Assembly: GCA_035221665.1 (NCBI GenBank)
Contig: CM069142.1
Coordinates: 56,482,001-56,546,000, forward strand
Origin: Okamejei kenojei
Lineage: Eukaryota
Reading direction: 5' to 3'
Length of the DNA: 64,000 nt
Each line of letters begins with the position of its first letter. The first letter of the stretch is position 1. The position numbers were made by a program, and so were the translations under genes. Shown here one piece after another: positions 37,874-50,372 of the stretch. The notes below the pieces were generated by a model that saw only the letters and a program-made list of their open reading frames with translations, had not been told where the DNA came from and made no database searches.

Positions 37874-38148
37874 GGCCACACAGTGGAGCAACGGTAGAGT
37901 TGGCGCTTTGCAGCGCCAGTGACCTGGGTTTGACCCTGAGTACAGTTGCTGTCTGTACAAAGTTTGCATGTTCTCCCTGTGACCGCGTGGGTTTTCTCTG
38001 GATGGTCCGATTTCCTCACACACTCCAAAGACGTACAGGTTTGTAGGTAAAATTGTGAATTGTACCATATGTGCAGGATAGTGTGAGTGTACCGGACGAT
38101 TGCTGCTCAGCGCGGACTAGGTGGGTCAAAGGGCCTGTTTCCACGTTG
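37874..38148 (+). mobile_element. HE1-type V-SINE, full length
   Basis: GGCCACACAGTGGAGCAACGGTAGAG A-box head, B-box, V-domain and tail. Confidence 0.9.
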
Positions 38149-38493
38149 ATCACTTATGCCTATTTATTGGATTCATTGTATTTTTAAAGCTTATTTAATG
38201 GAGTATCTTTTTTTGTAAATCATGAAGATATAATAATTCGATAAATAGTGTAACTTTGGACATTTTTTCCCACCATTTCCAATTGAAACATATGTCAGCA
38301 CATGTGAGGTGTTTGGCAATTAGCTGTGTACTATGCCAAACTATCTATTGCATAATGTTCATTTAAAGCTGTGGCAACTAAACTCCAGCCATGTTTCCCT
38401 GATGTAGTGAAATTCCTTGTCACTCACGGGTGACCATTGCCCTCCATTGACTGAAGCTGCATTATTTAGTGTTACTCAGCCATTTAACACTAA

Positions 38494-39125
38494 AGGGCCT
38501 GCCCACTTGGCCGTCATTCGCGCGCCATTTACGCGACCTGCTAGCACGTGGGTAGCGCATGGGTAACGCAGGATGGGCGCATGGAGTGGTGTGGAGGAGT
38601 GGGGAGTGGCGTATTTTCGTGCACCACCAGCCTGTCGCGTAACTGACGGCCAAAGTGGGACAGGCCCAAGACCCTGGCGCGGCGCAACGTCTCACCTCCA
38701 AGAGCAGCAGAAGCAGGCAAACGATCGCCGAGCTCGGCCTGGGGCTCACGGCCGTTGCGGATCCGGATCCGACCCCACTCCTACTCCCAGAGCAGGGACA
38801 AGACGATTGGAGATAGACACAAAATGCTGCAGTAACTCAGCGGGACCAGCAGCATCTCTGGAGAGAAGCAATGGGTGACATTTCGGGTCGAGACCCTTCT
38901 TCAGACTGAAGAAGAGTCTCGACCCGAAACATCATCCATTCCTTCTCTCCAGAGAGGCTGCTGGTCCCGCTGAGTTACTCCAGCATTTTGTGTCTATCTT
39001 CAAATGACGTCACGCGCTGCAGAGGCTGTGCGGACGCATGATGACGCGCGCGACCGTCGCGCGACCGTTGCGTGTCAGTCACTACCGGCCTGACGCGTAA
39101 ATGACGGTCAAGTGGGACAGGCCCT
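38494..39125. mobile_element. PIF/Harbinger-type non-autonomous DNA transposon (MITE)
   Basis: TIRs AGGGCCTGCCCACTTGGCCGTCATT / AATGACGGTCAAGTGGGACAGGCCCT, flanked by TAA (38491-38493) and TAA (39126-39128). CpG-rich. Confidence 0.88.
38806..39004. mobile_element. Near-perfect ~200-bp Penelope-derived palindrome nested in the MITE
   Basis: Centre CTTCAG-A-CTGAAG at 38905, with arms of about 100 bp and few mismatches. Confidence 0.92.
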
Positions 39126-42100
39126 TAAGGAGACAGATCATGGATTCAGAGGTTGCTGCAAACTTTTCTACATTTTTTGGTGCTGTGTGCAGTCATCTCT
39201 TTGCATTAAAACTTCGTAAAATGTATTCCTATCGTGAACTTGTCAGACCCGGCTGAGCAAGAGTTACAGGTATCAGAGGCAGGCCACGTGCTTACATATC
39301 CTTCCCTCCAATTATCACGTTCTTGTGCTTACATGTCCTTCCCTCCAATGGTCATATTGCTGGCGTCAGCTATCGGAAGAGCAAAATACTTGGAGCTAAC
39401 ATTTGCTAGATCAGTGTTGCCATAAAACTATGACCTTGAGCAAGCAGAGCTACCCTTGTATTTGGACCCTTGTAGCCTATAAATGTCAAAGTCACTGTCA
39501 CTCTGAACCCTCAATTCTCTGGATCATTTTAAGCAACAACGGTTGTGTTTTCCAGTTGCTGCGATCATTATTGGTACATTTGGCTTTTTTCCTCTCGAGA
39601 ATAAATCATTAAACGTAGTGGACACATGGAATTGCAAAGATTGTAAAATCCCAATGATCAGGATATGATAAATAAATGACTCCACGAGTTACGTTTCAAA
39701 ACTTGGCATTACACATGAAGCACGGGTACTGCTTTCAGAAAGTACAACTCTTCAAAACAACAAGAAAAAAAATAATTCCATTACTATAAAATCAGTAAAT
39801 GCTAGTTTATTTTTTTGAACCTTCAGATATCATGCATTGCTTACCATGTTTGACCTATTGCACTACTGGCAGGGGAGTGTGTGTAATAAAAGTCATTCCC
39901 TATTTTCTTAGGTTCTGATTCTGGTCCAGCTTCCTACTTGTGTAAAATGAATGGCACAGGATACTAGACTGGGTGAAGAATGCCTTCAAAGTCCACAAGG
40001 TATGGTTCTAGTGTCTATGGTGAATACTGCAGTAATTTTAAGAAAGTTGGATAGTCATCCTCATTTACATCTTACAAAATTTTGCCATTAAGAGAGCTTG
40101 GTCTTTATGTGAGATTCTACGACAGGAGAAGGAAATGAACACAGAGGCTGAGAGGTTAAGCAGCAACTGGATTAGTAACTGGCACAACAAATGATAGGCA
40201 GGAGGATCTCTGCAGAAAGCAGTGAAGGGAAACCTTCTCTCAATATGGAATCAGCACCCAACTTGATTGTCCAGAGATTCTCTTGAGGCTTTCACTTCAA
40301 TGATACACTGAGGTAACATAGAGAAATGATGACCAATTATCCACCGCTGAAAATGGAAATTGTTGATTTACTGGGGGTTTGGGTTACTGTCTATCTCACA
40401 TGAAATAATTCAACACATTAATTCAACATATTAATGTTAATAACTTGCAAAGTGACTGGAGACATCTACAGTCACTTCGCAAAGCATTAACATTTATCCA
40501 CAGTGAAAACTACACAAAGTTGACTACGACAGATGATCAGCTTCCATCAAGAGATAAAGTATAATCAGACATCCATGCAGCAGGGCTTTCTTAACTTATA
40601 CAATTATTCACTGACTGAATTGGCTAATTAGTCCTAATGATTCTGAGTTACTGCAAGGCATCGCAGACATGGCTTCATCACCGGCAGCTCTGCTCACGAA
40701 AATCTTCCAGCATACCCAGAGGAATCATTCAGTATAATCAAGTACTTTCATTTATGATCCTTACAGAGGAGAGCAGTGCTGAAATCCTCCACATCTATTA
40801 TGGGGATGTCATCCATGCAATAACCTTTCCCAATGTCTTATTGCATTACTATTTATTCATTCTTATTAGTGGTCATAATTTGGAAATGCAATGCTTTCAT
40901 GCGCAAATAAGAGTTTAATCGAAAAAATTGCAGTGCAGTGCAAATGTAAAAATTAATTGTAAATATTATTTTTCTTCCCCTCATTCCCCCCTTCAATCCA
41001 ACTAATGCAATGAAAATATTATCTCTCCCTTGGTTGAAACAATTGTGTGCATGAAATTAGTTCCAACAGTTAATATTGGGTATTTACACATCTATTGCAA
41101 ATTCAGCATTAGCAAAATTTAAACTATGTGTATCAGTCAAAACGGAATAGTTTGATAGAGATTTTTTTTTAATCAGTGATACTATCCAGCGCCTGTTTTA
41201 TAGGAGAAATGGTACACGTTGAGGATCTAAAGGTGGAGAAGAAAATAATGGATGCAGTGTATCTTACAACATTAAGACGCTTTGTTGGACAAATGTGCTG
41301 TGCCTTGGGTGGAAGACAAACACTTGCAACATCCAAATAACAATTACATTATCTAGTTGTTTTACCATGGAATGGTTTCTAAACATAATTAAGTCTGGAA
41401 AAACACAGCAGAGGTCTCTAAAATATACAGTAAAAGGAAAGGATGCCCTGGGTAACACAAAATAAATTAAAAAAAACAAAAATTATGGCTTTGCATATGC
41501 TCTAGTATTTTTGAATATGTTCCCAATCATTTATTCAAATAAATGGCTAATTATCAACTCTATTGGAGAAACAGAATCTGCTATTTGGATCATGTGGGAA
41601 TAAGTTAACACCTACTAATGATCATAACATTATGTTACTAAGGTTCTTCTCAAAGCCTGCAGCACCTCATACTTGGCATTAGACAGCCAAGCAGTTTATA
41701 CTTATCTACAAAAACAATTGCTGGTGTACATAGAAGTATTTTTCAGATAAGAAGCAATGTAATTGTATCCTACAGAAGCACTTGGTCATTGGATATGTAG
41801 AGGAGGCATTATATATATTCCCTTCAGTCATTAATTCAAGTTAGTGTCCTAAACTTTGAATAATACATTGGAAATGTCTGCACAATTCATCAGATATTTA
41901 TTTTGGAGATACTGGCCAACTGAGCAAATAAAAATTATCTTTAGTTAACCATACAAAAAAAAATCTGAGTTTCTGCTTCCTTGTGAGAAAATAGACACAA
42001 AATCAGACTTTATTAAAAATCTTACCATATGCTGAGTCAGGACCCTGAGAAACAAACAAACTCCGTCAGTGATCCTCATTGCATTATCTCAACACTCATG

Positions 42101-42789
42101 CACAGGATGTGAAGTATTAGAAATCATCGCACAATCTGTGATGCATGACCCTTTTGTCTGTCATTTGCACCTGTCACGATGTAATGTTGCAGCAGACACA
42201 TATGCTATGTGTAGGTAATAGGTGATTAGTATATTTGTTTGGGCTAGTGTTTCATTTGAATAATGGTGCATATGTTCCCAAGTCTGTCACTGACTGGCCA
42301 CAAAGACTCCAGAATTAATTTCCCTCATTTCTCTACTTCTTAAGGAAAATTATTTTTGAGGATACTGTTCAAAACAAAAAGCAATGCAAGAAAGAACGAC
42401 ATGAAGGAAACAGGAAAAGATAGAAATTGTGTTCAACTACAATAGGAAGAACCATCAGTGTCTTGGCATCGTGAAACTGATCCAGATCCAAATGAGGATA
42501 AACAGCAAAAGCTCAACAAAATAAAAAAATAGATAATGCCCTGTAACTCCAGTCACATCTGTGGAAAGATAAAAAGATCAAAGACTTCTCAACAAAACAG
42601 AGAAAAATGAGGAACAACACAGGTTTAAGATGCAGATAAAGGGGACGAAGAGCTGAGAACAAAAGAAAGAAATATGCGCTCTCAAAGGCGAAATAAATTC
42701 AATGACCCAAAAGACAATAACAAATGCTCAGAGTAGGATAGATCAATTTCTGAAATTGCCAAATGAATTGGGAAGAAATCCGGAATAAG

Positions 42790-43060
42790 AAAGCTAGAAT
42801 GATGGTAGTTGTTGGCATCTGACATCGTTGAAGTTGGTGTTGAGTGCAGAAAGTTGCAGTGTCCCCACTCAGAAGATGACGTGCTGCTCCTTGAGCTCTT
42901 TTGGAATATTATAGCAGGGCAGAGGACAGGGAGGTCAGGGGGAGGACTTAGATAAAGAATTAAAGTGACAAGTAACTTGAAACTTGGACATGTGCTTATA
43001 GACTGAACTGAGTTGTTCTACAAGGAAATCGCCAATCTGCAGTTTTGTAAAGCTGCATTA
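42790..43060 (-). mobile_element. Highly decayed Penelope GIY-YIG region
   Basis: Resembles the reverse complement of 44860-45110 (GAGCAGCACGTCATCTTCTGAGTGGGGACACTGCAAC). Confidence 0.55.
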
Positions 43061-43719
43061 TGTGCCAGGTTCTCTGGAGTGGGGCTTGGGTCTTCTCATC
43101 GTGAGGCAAGAGGATTAACACTGGGTCAAGGCTAAAATATGGGTTAAGTCATAAAAATAGAGATCCTGTTTAGACTGAGAATGAATACCAGTAGATATAA
43201 ATGATAAACTGTTAATTACATTTGAAACGATCAATCTACTGCTGTGTCCAGCAGTCTTGGAAGCATCTCTATGATTACAAGAGCAAGCACCAGCAAGTGA
43301 GCAATTGCTGGGGAAGAGACATGGGGAATTGGTGAGGAAGAGACAACTGCATGAGTAACAGGTGGTAAAGAGATCTTGCAATTGCTTCTCTAATCTTAGA
43401 TGTTTGGGATCTTATGTAAGTGGTGCTGGCTCGAAGGGCCAAATGGCCTACTCCTGCACTTAATGTCTATTGTCTATTGTCTAAACGATCCCAGGAAACC
43501 ACTTCAAGGTTAAACAAGAGAAGTTATGCCCAAAGTCCTGCCGAAGATTTATCCATCAGTCATTCTTAATAAGATTAGATTAACTGGTCATTGTCACATT
43601 GCAGTTACAGAAGTGCATTTATTTTGCACTTTTTTTGTCCAACAGCAAATGCACTTCAAGAGTACTTAGTTGTGAAGTTCTTTGGGGCATCCCAAATCAT
43701 TACACTGGCAAGTGTATAG

Positions 43720-44460
43720 ATTTTGTCAAGCCAAAATCTCAAACCATCGTAAGGTTCTGTCCATCCTGTGCAAGGTACCATGATGCTATTTGTTAGCAAC
43801 CGGGAGATCTATCTGAGAGATCCAGCCTGCTGGATTCCCCAGTTGCTAACCATTTTTACTCAGTTTCCCATTGCCATACCAAATTGTCTGTCCTTCGCCT
43901 CCTCCATTGCCAGAGTGAGGCCACATGCAAACTGGAGGAACAGCACTTCTTATTCCGTTTGAGTAACTTACAACCCAATATTATGAACATCGAATTCACC
44001 AATTTTAGGTTACAAACGAACCCCTCCGCTCCCATCCCCCCCCCCCTAGTCCCTATCCCTCAGCTGGATGCGCACCCATTTCTTCTACTATCCCGCTCCC
44101 CGTTTCCCCTTCAAACCACCCCCTACCACATATATTCCTTCCTCTAGCTTCACATTTCAGTCCTCTTTTCTCTTTTGGCTGCGTCCCATTTCAGGCCTTT
44201 GTTCACCCATCTACCAACGTCCCCTCCCCCACACTTGTATCCGCCTAGCACTTGCCAGTGATCTGCCTAACACTTTGCTCTGCAACCCCCCCCCCCCTCT
44301 CTTTTCCAACTTTCTCCCCCCAACTGCAATTCGCCTGAAGATTATTCCTGACTGGATACATCACCCAACCATGTCTTTCTGAGATCCTGCCTGACCAGCT
44401 GAGTAACTCCAACACTTTGTGTGTTTTGTTTTATAAACCAGCAACTGCAGTTCCTTGTGT
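43720..44460 (+). mobile_element. Penelope-like element 3' end, decayed
   Basis: LSVLRLLHCQSEATCKLEEQHFLFRLSNLQPNIMNIEFTNFR, followed by a pyrimidine-rich UTR and terminal repeat. Confidence 0.85.
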
Positions 44461-44554
44461 TCATACATTGAAACAATCTCCCCATCTCCTCTATTATTCC
44501 TTCTACTTTCAAACGTATTCTCAACGTATGTTAATGGTACAGTGAATACCTGCC

Positions 44555-45324
44555 CTCCTACATTTTCGCCACCTCCAACAGGATCCAACTACTAGCCACC
44601 TCTTCCCATCTCCACCCCTTTCCGCTTTCCTCAGAGACCATTCCCTCCGCACCTCCCTGGTCAACTCGTCCCTTCCCACCCTTCCCACCCCTTCCCCAGG
44701 TACTTTCCCCTGCAACCGCAGGAGATGCCACACCTGTCCCTATACCTCTCCTCTCGACTCCATCCAAGGACCCCGACAGTCTCTTCAGGTGAGGCAGAGG
44801 TTCATTTGCACCTCCTCCAACCCCATCTACTGTATCCCCTGTTCCAGGTGTGGACTTCTGTATGTCGGCAAGACCAAGCGCAGGCTCGGCGATCATTTCG
44901 CTGGACACCTCTGCTCAGTCTGCCTAAAGCTACTGGATGTCCTCGCTGCTCAACACTTTAACTCCCCCTCCCATTCCCACACTGACCTTTCTGTCCTGGG
45001 CCTCCTCCATTGTCAGAGTGAGGCCCAGCGCAAATTGGAGGAACAGCACCTCATATTTCACTTGGGTAGCTTATACCCCAGTGGTATGAAGAGTGACCTC
45101 TCTATCTTCAAGTAGCCCTTGCTTTCCATCCCTCTCCATTCTCTCCCCCTTCCCAGTTCTCCGACCAGTCTTACCGCCTACGACTACATTTCATTTTATC
45201 CCTGTACTGCCCCCCTCCACTGACATCAGTCTGAAGAAGGGTCTCAACCCGAAACATCACCCATTCCTCCTCTCCAAAGATGCTGCCTGTCCCGCTGAGT
45301 TACTCCAGCATTTTGTGTCTATCT
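44555..45324 (+). mobile_element. Neptune-type Penelope-like element 3' end: Cys linker, GIY-YIG endonuclease and terminal repeat
   Basis: Frame is open from 44546 to 45115: PCNRRRCHTCPY (Neptune zinc-finger-like linker), NPIYCIPCSRCGLLYVGKTKRRLGDHFAGH (GIY-YIG), EEQHLIFHLGSLYPSGM. Hammerhead-type terminus from 45228. Confidence 0.93.
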
Positions 45325-45337
45325 CAAATTTCTTAAT

Positions 45338-45590
45338 CTATTTAGTTTTGAGACAACGAGTGTTCGCCGACCAACGATCACCGGGACACTAGGTCTATCC
45401 TACACACAAGGGACAATTTTACAGAAGCCAATCAACCCACACACCTGCAAATCTTTGGAATGAGCACCCGGAGAAAACCCACGCGGTCACAGGGAGAACA
45501 TGCAAACTCTGCACAGACAGCACCCGTAGTCAGGATGGAACCCGGGTCCTTGACGCTGTAAGACAGCAACTCCGCCAACTGCGCCGCCCT
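45338..45590 (-). mobile_element. HE1-type V-SINE
   Basis: Minus strand GGGCGGCGCAGTTGGCGGAGTTGCTG head, B-box GGGTTCCATCC and V-domain. Confidence 0.88.
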
Positions 45591-46119
45591 TAATGTGGTA
45601 TTCTGCACACACTCACTACGAAAGATTCAGTAAATGAAAAACATAACTACGTTCTCGTTCCTGTATGTGAACTGCACGGATGTACTCGGAATTGCGTTGG
45701 TGACAGTATGGGGTGCAGAAGAGGTGGCCTGGAGGAGGCGAGATAAGTAGTTTTCAGTTCAGCGAGCTTCGGTGAAACATCCCCCCTGCAAACCCTTTCA
45801 GTTTCCTCACCCTCCCACATTCCCTTGGTAATTTCCTAATCAGCCCGAGGCTGCCGTGTTATTCCATTGTGAAGCCTCCTGTTCGGTGGCTGGAGGCATC
45901 TGTCAGCGACCTTCATCGCCGTCTCGAGTAGCAGTCGAAGCCATTCACCGGGTCGCGCCCCCCCCCCCCCCCTCGCCCGGCTCTGTAACGATGTTACTGG
46001 CCTAATTGGTAAAAATGTTTTGCTTGTTTCACCCACGCAGATGCATGGAAAGGAACGGAATACTTCAACTCGCGACCCATTCGTTTGTGATCGGAACCAC
46101 ACGGATGAAGACGCAACCT

Positions 46120-46265
46120 CGGACGCTGGTTTACACAAAAGGGCGCAAAGTGGCGGAGTAACTCAGCGGGCCAGGCAGCATCTCTGGAGAACATGGATGG
46201 GTGACGTTCATGTTCTCCATAATGCAGCCTGACCCGCTGAGTTACTCCAGCACTGTGTGTCCTTA
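46120..46265. mobile_element. Palindromic Penelope-terminus-derived element
   Basis: Arms GGAGTAACTCAGCGGG / CCCGCTGAGTTACTCC. Confidence 0.85.
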
Positions 46266-46750
46266 CAGGAATTGAAGGGTAGATATGATTTCCATCTTGA
46301 GCTAGCATTATACACGATCTAACAAAATGTGTTTATCAACATGCACCATTCAATCGGAGACCCAACCCCCTTTGGTTATCTGAAAAGCTTCGGCAGGTAA
46401 GCTTTATCTCGCCAGTGTGATGTTTCAGGATGAAATCTCTCGATGCTGTGGTTTAAACTAATTATTTTTGTGTATTCACTGTATCAAATCTTTGGTCAAG
46501 CTTCAAAATCAAAGGTCAGGCGTATCCTAAATTTCATGGTTAATCGATTAGAGCTAACATGCCGGGACTATTGTGTTGAGTTACTCCAGCGGTTTGTGTA
46601 TATCTTCGCTATAAACCAGCATCTGTAGTTTCCTTACCTTCCAAATATCTCCTGTGATTTGGCTAAAATGCAGGGATATTGAGCATTTATCGTTTTACCT
46701 TAGTTCTCATGTCAGGGCAAAAATTCTGATTTCCAAAGGTCTCAAAGAGC

Positions 46751-46763
46751 TAGTTTAGTTTAG

Positions 46764-46792
<29 letters not shown>
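46751..46792. repeat. (TTTAG)n microsatellite, tail of a minus-strand Rex1-type stub
   Basis: About 8 units followed by TTATTGTCATGTGTA..AGGTACAGTGAA, as at 12390-12435. Confidence 0.85.
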
Positions 46793-46795
<3 letters not shown>

Positions 46796-47179
46796 TCATG
46801 TGTATCAAGGTACAGTGAATAGCGTTTTTTCAGCTCAGTGAAGAGCTAACTCCCCTTCCTCAATCCTCATCCCAATGGAACAGTTTTACACTCTTGTCTT
46901 CACTTGCACTGAAGATTAACCAACTCTTTCCCCTGACTCTAGTCTGAAGAAGAGTCTCAACACGAAAGGCCACCCATTACTTCTCTCCATAGATGCTGCT
47001 TGTCCCACTGAGTTACTACAGCATTGTGTGTCTATTTTAGGCTTAAACCAGCATCTGCAGTTCCTTCCAACACATTCAGCAGAATATCATGCCCAGCCAC
47101 AACTCTGTACATTAGTGTCGCCCATACTATTGTGTGAGTCTGATCATTTCCAACAAACTCCTCAGTGCAAATGGCATGG

Positions 47180-48040
47180 GACACAAGAAACTGCAGATGC
47201 AGCTGGAATGTTGAACAAAAGACACAGAGATGGAGGACCTCTGTTGGTCAGACAACATCTATGCAGGGAATGTATGGGAATGTATCATCTACGGAGATGA
47301 TATTTTGAGTCGGGATCCTTGTTCAGATTGACTGGGGTTAGCGAGCGAAAGCTTAAAAAGAGAGGTGGAGGTGGGGAAAGCCTGACAAAGGGGGAAGTGG
47401 GCTGATTAGCAGATGGGTGGATAAGTGACAAAGGCTAGCTATGCAAAGGTGAGCCAAATGGTGTCAGATAAACACAGAAGAGAATTGAAGGAAATATCAA
47501 GCCAGAGAGATGCAAATGGGTGCAAGAGGACAGATGGGAGGGGAAAGAGGAGGATTGAAAGTGAAATGTGGGATTTTGTGATGGGAGATGAGTGCAGGAA
47601 AGAGGGGAAAGGATCAGGGTGACTGGGTGGTGGGGCATGGTGGGAGAAATGGGTGTGGATAGGGGAGGGGAGGGGGGGAGGGAAGGATGTGATAGGGAGG
47701 GGAATGGCATGGTATTACTTGAAAGTGGAGAATTCAGTGTTCATACCATTGGGTTGTAAGCTACACAAACAGAATATGATCTGTCATTCTTCTATTTTGT
47801 GTGTAGCCTCACTGTGGCAACAGAGGAGGCCGAGGGCAGTAAGGTCACAATGGGAATGGAAAAGGGAGTTAAAATGTTTAACAACCGTGGAGCTCCAGCA
47901 GTCCTTTGCAGACAGAACGCAAGTATTTGGCAAAATGGTTGTCCAGTCTACGCTTAGTCTCACCAATACGAAGCACCAAACGCACTAGATGAGCTTGGAA
48001 GGGGTTTACATGAACCCTAATCACATCTGGAAGAGCTGAG
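47180..48040 (-). mobile_element. Penelope-like element 3' end, decayed
   Basis: HFNSLFHSHCDLTALGLLCCHSEATHKIEE parallels the 44950-45050 region. Terminal repeat at 47180-47330. Confidence 0.85.
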
Positions 48041-49049
48041 AAGCTTTTCCTCAGCTTGCTTCATTGTAAGGAACGGGGTAAGACTGGCCCAAATATGTAA
48101 TCTTCTATTTTCTTATCATCTGGCGTGTAAGAAAAGTACTTAATTATTTGAAATGTTTATGGTTGGGGATATTGCCAGCAAGGTTAGCACTTATTGCCTT
48201 GTAAAAACATTTAGCAGGCAACCACGCTGGTGGGTCTCTAATCCCACCCAGGTGGGAGCGATGGCACATTTCACTTTCACAGAGAGAGAACTCCCCTGAA
48301 AACAGATGTTTACAGCAATCCATTATGGTTAGTATTATTGGTACTATTCTTTTATTCTAGAATTATTTAATTCTTTGAACTTGCATAGCCAGCATTGATT
48401 TCAATTTGTACCTTTGAGTCAATAGTTCAGGCCTATGGAATGTGGTCTTGTGATCACCAAGCTCCTGTATCCCCTGAACGTATATAGACGTTACGTGATC
48501 ATTGGAAAGCAAAAATCTACTGACGTTGGAATTCTGAGAGAAAAATCAATATGCAGGAGACCCTTAGCAGGGTTAGTAGCAATTGTCAAGAGATAAAGGA
48601 AGTTAGCATTTCAGTTCATTTCCACAAGTGCTGTCTAGATTTGCTGAGTATTGCCAGGATCTTCTGCGTTTCTTTTCAAATTCCTTGTATGTTTACATAC
48701 TTGGCTAATAAATTAATTAATTACAATTACAATTACAATTACAATTTGTACGGTGCAGGTGGGCCCAAATTTACAAGATGTATGGTGCACATCAGTTGCA
48801 CCAATTAACTCATGTTGTGGTTGGCTGCATATATGAAACATTCCTGGGTCAGCTCCTTTACACATTCATGTAAGTGCCGTTGGTATATGCCCATCTAAAA
48901 TTGATATAGACTTTTACTCTGTATGGAGTACAATGAAAATGTACATTTGGATAAATCAAATAAACAACTGTGGTTCTTTAGTTGACTTCATGAAATATGT
49001 TTGAAGCATTTTCCAAAAACAATGCATTGTACATTAATCAAAGGAAGAC

Positions 49050-49180
49050 ATAACTTTAAACAGGTTATTTGTAACAAGAAAGGATTAGTTAGTAATCTCA
49101 CAATCAAGGATCCTCCCAGAAAGAGTGATCATAATGAGATCACATTTAACATTCAGTTTGATAGTCTGAAATTAGAATCT
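49050..49180 (+). mobile_element. Old CR1 AP-endonuclease remnant
   Basis: GLVSNLTIKDPPRKSDHNEITFNI matches the ...LGxSDHxxIxF motif. Confidence 0.65.
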
Positions 49181-50039
49181 TAAATTTACATACAGCATAT
49201 ATTATAGGAAAGGTTTTGTTGGCTAAAGAAGATTTGGAAAATAGATGAAAAGATAAATTACAGGTAAGCTATGGCACCTGCGTAAAAGTATTTTATAATT
49301 TTTAATGAATTTTGGTTACATATCAAATTAAAATTTGATAAGACTGCGAGAATTTTAGAAATCAGTAAAAGATTGCCGAAAATAAGTCGGAAGCAATATA
49401 TACAGTGAGGTCTCACATGAGTAAATATAAAAACAGAGCATGTGCAAACATATAAAGAGAAAGAGAGTGGCAAAATATAGGTCCATTGAAGGCAGAGAAA
49501 TAACAAAGAAGATAACAAACATCAGATTAGCTAAATAAACATTTTGCAATTACTTTTACACCAGAATACTCTTTAAATATTTTATCAAATGTAGTAGATA
49601 ATATGAGTAAATAGTAGTAAGAAATTAGGAACAGAAGACTGACATTGTGGAGATGGAGACATAAAGAACTGCAGATGCTGGAATGTTAAGCAAAATGTAA
49701 AGCGCTGGAGGAACTAAATGGGACAGGCAGCCCCTGTGGAGGGAAATGGGTAGGTGGGTCGGGAACCTTCTTCAAACCGATGGAGTAAGGGGGAGAAAGC
49801 TGGAAAACAATTGGAGGTGGGGGAAATACTGGCAAGTGATAGGTGGATACAGCTTTGCCTCTTTTTCATCTCTAGCCTTTGTCACTTACTCCACCTTTAT
49901 GCCAATAAACCCCCCTCACCTGTATCCACCTATCACTTGCCGGGGTCTACTTGACGAGCCGTGACAAAGCAATTCCTTTGATTTTTTTTTAAATTAATAA
50001 ATAAATAAACAAGTAACTAAAAATAAACATAGAACAGCA

Positions 50040-50372
50040 TAGATACTTATGTCCTTCATTTCAATAACTCTCCAAAATCTCTATATTGGGAATTTCCTCA
50101 ATGCTATGCTCTTCACCACACTTGTCTTCACCCTTCCCTTTGTGACAGCTCTAAACGTAGGTATGCTTTCTCCAACCTTCCCACTCTCTGTCTCTCTCAT
50201 CTATTGTCAGTTCCTAAAATTGCATCTTTGACCAGGTTTTACATTACCCAACCTAATATATTTTTATTTGACTTGTTTGTCAGCCTTTGTTCGTGACTTT
50301 CTTGTAAAGCATCATGGGAGGTTTTGATTTTGAAAGACATTGCATAAAGTACATATTGTTGTTGCTGTTATT
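50040..50372 (+). mobile_element. Old L2-like 3' end
   Basis: GGGAATTTCCTC...CATCTTTGACCAGGTTT...TGTAAAGCATC...ATAAAGT...(TGT)n resembles an L2 terminus. Confidence 0.5.

Noticed and set aside
37874-37950. tRNA genes
   Set aside because: The A/B-box sequences are SINE heads with no complete cloverleaf.
45836-46138. GC-rich 100-aa ORF
   Set aside because: No recognisable domain, begins in a repeat and spans a homopolymer run.
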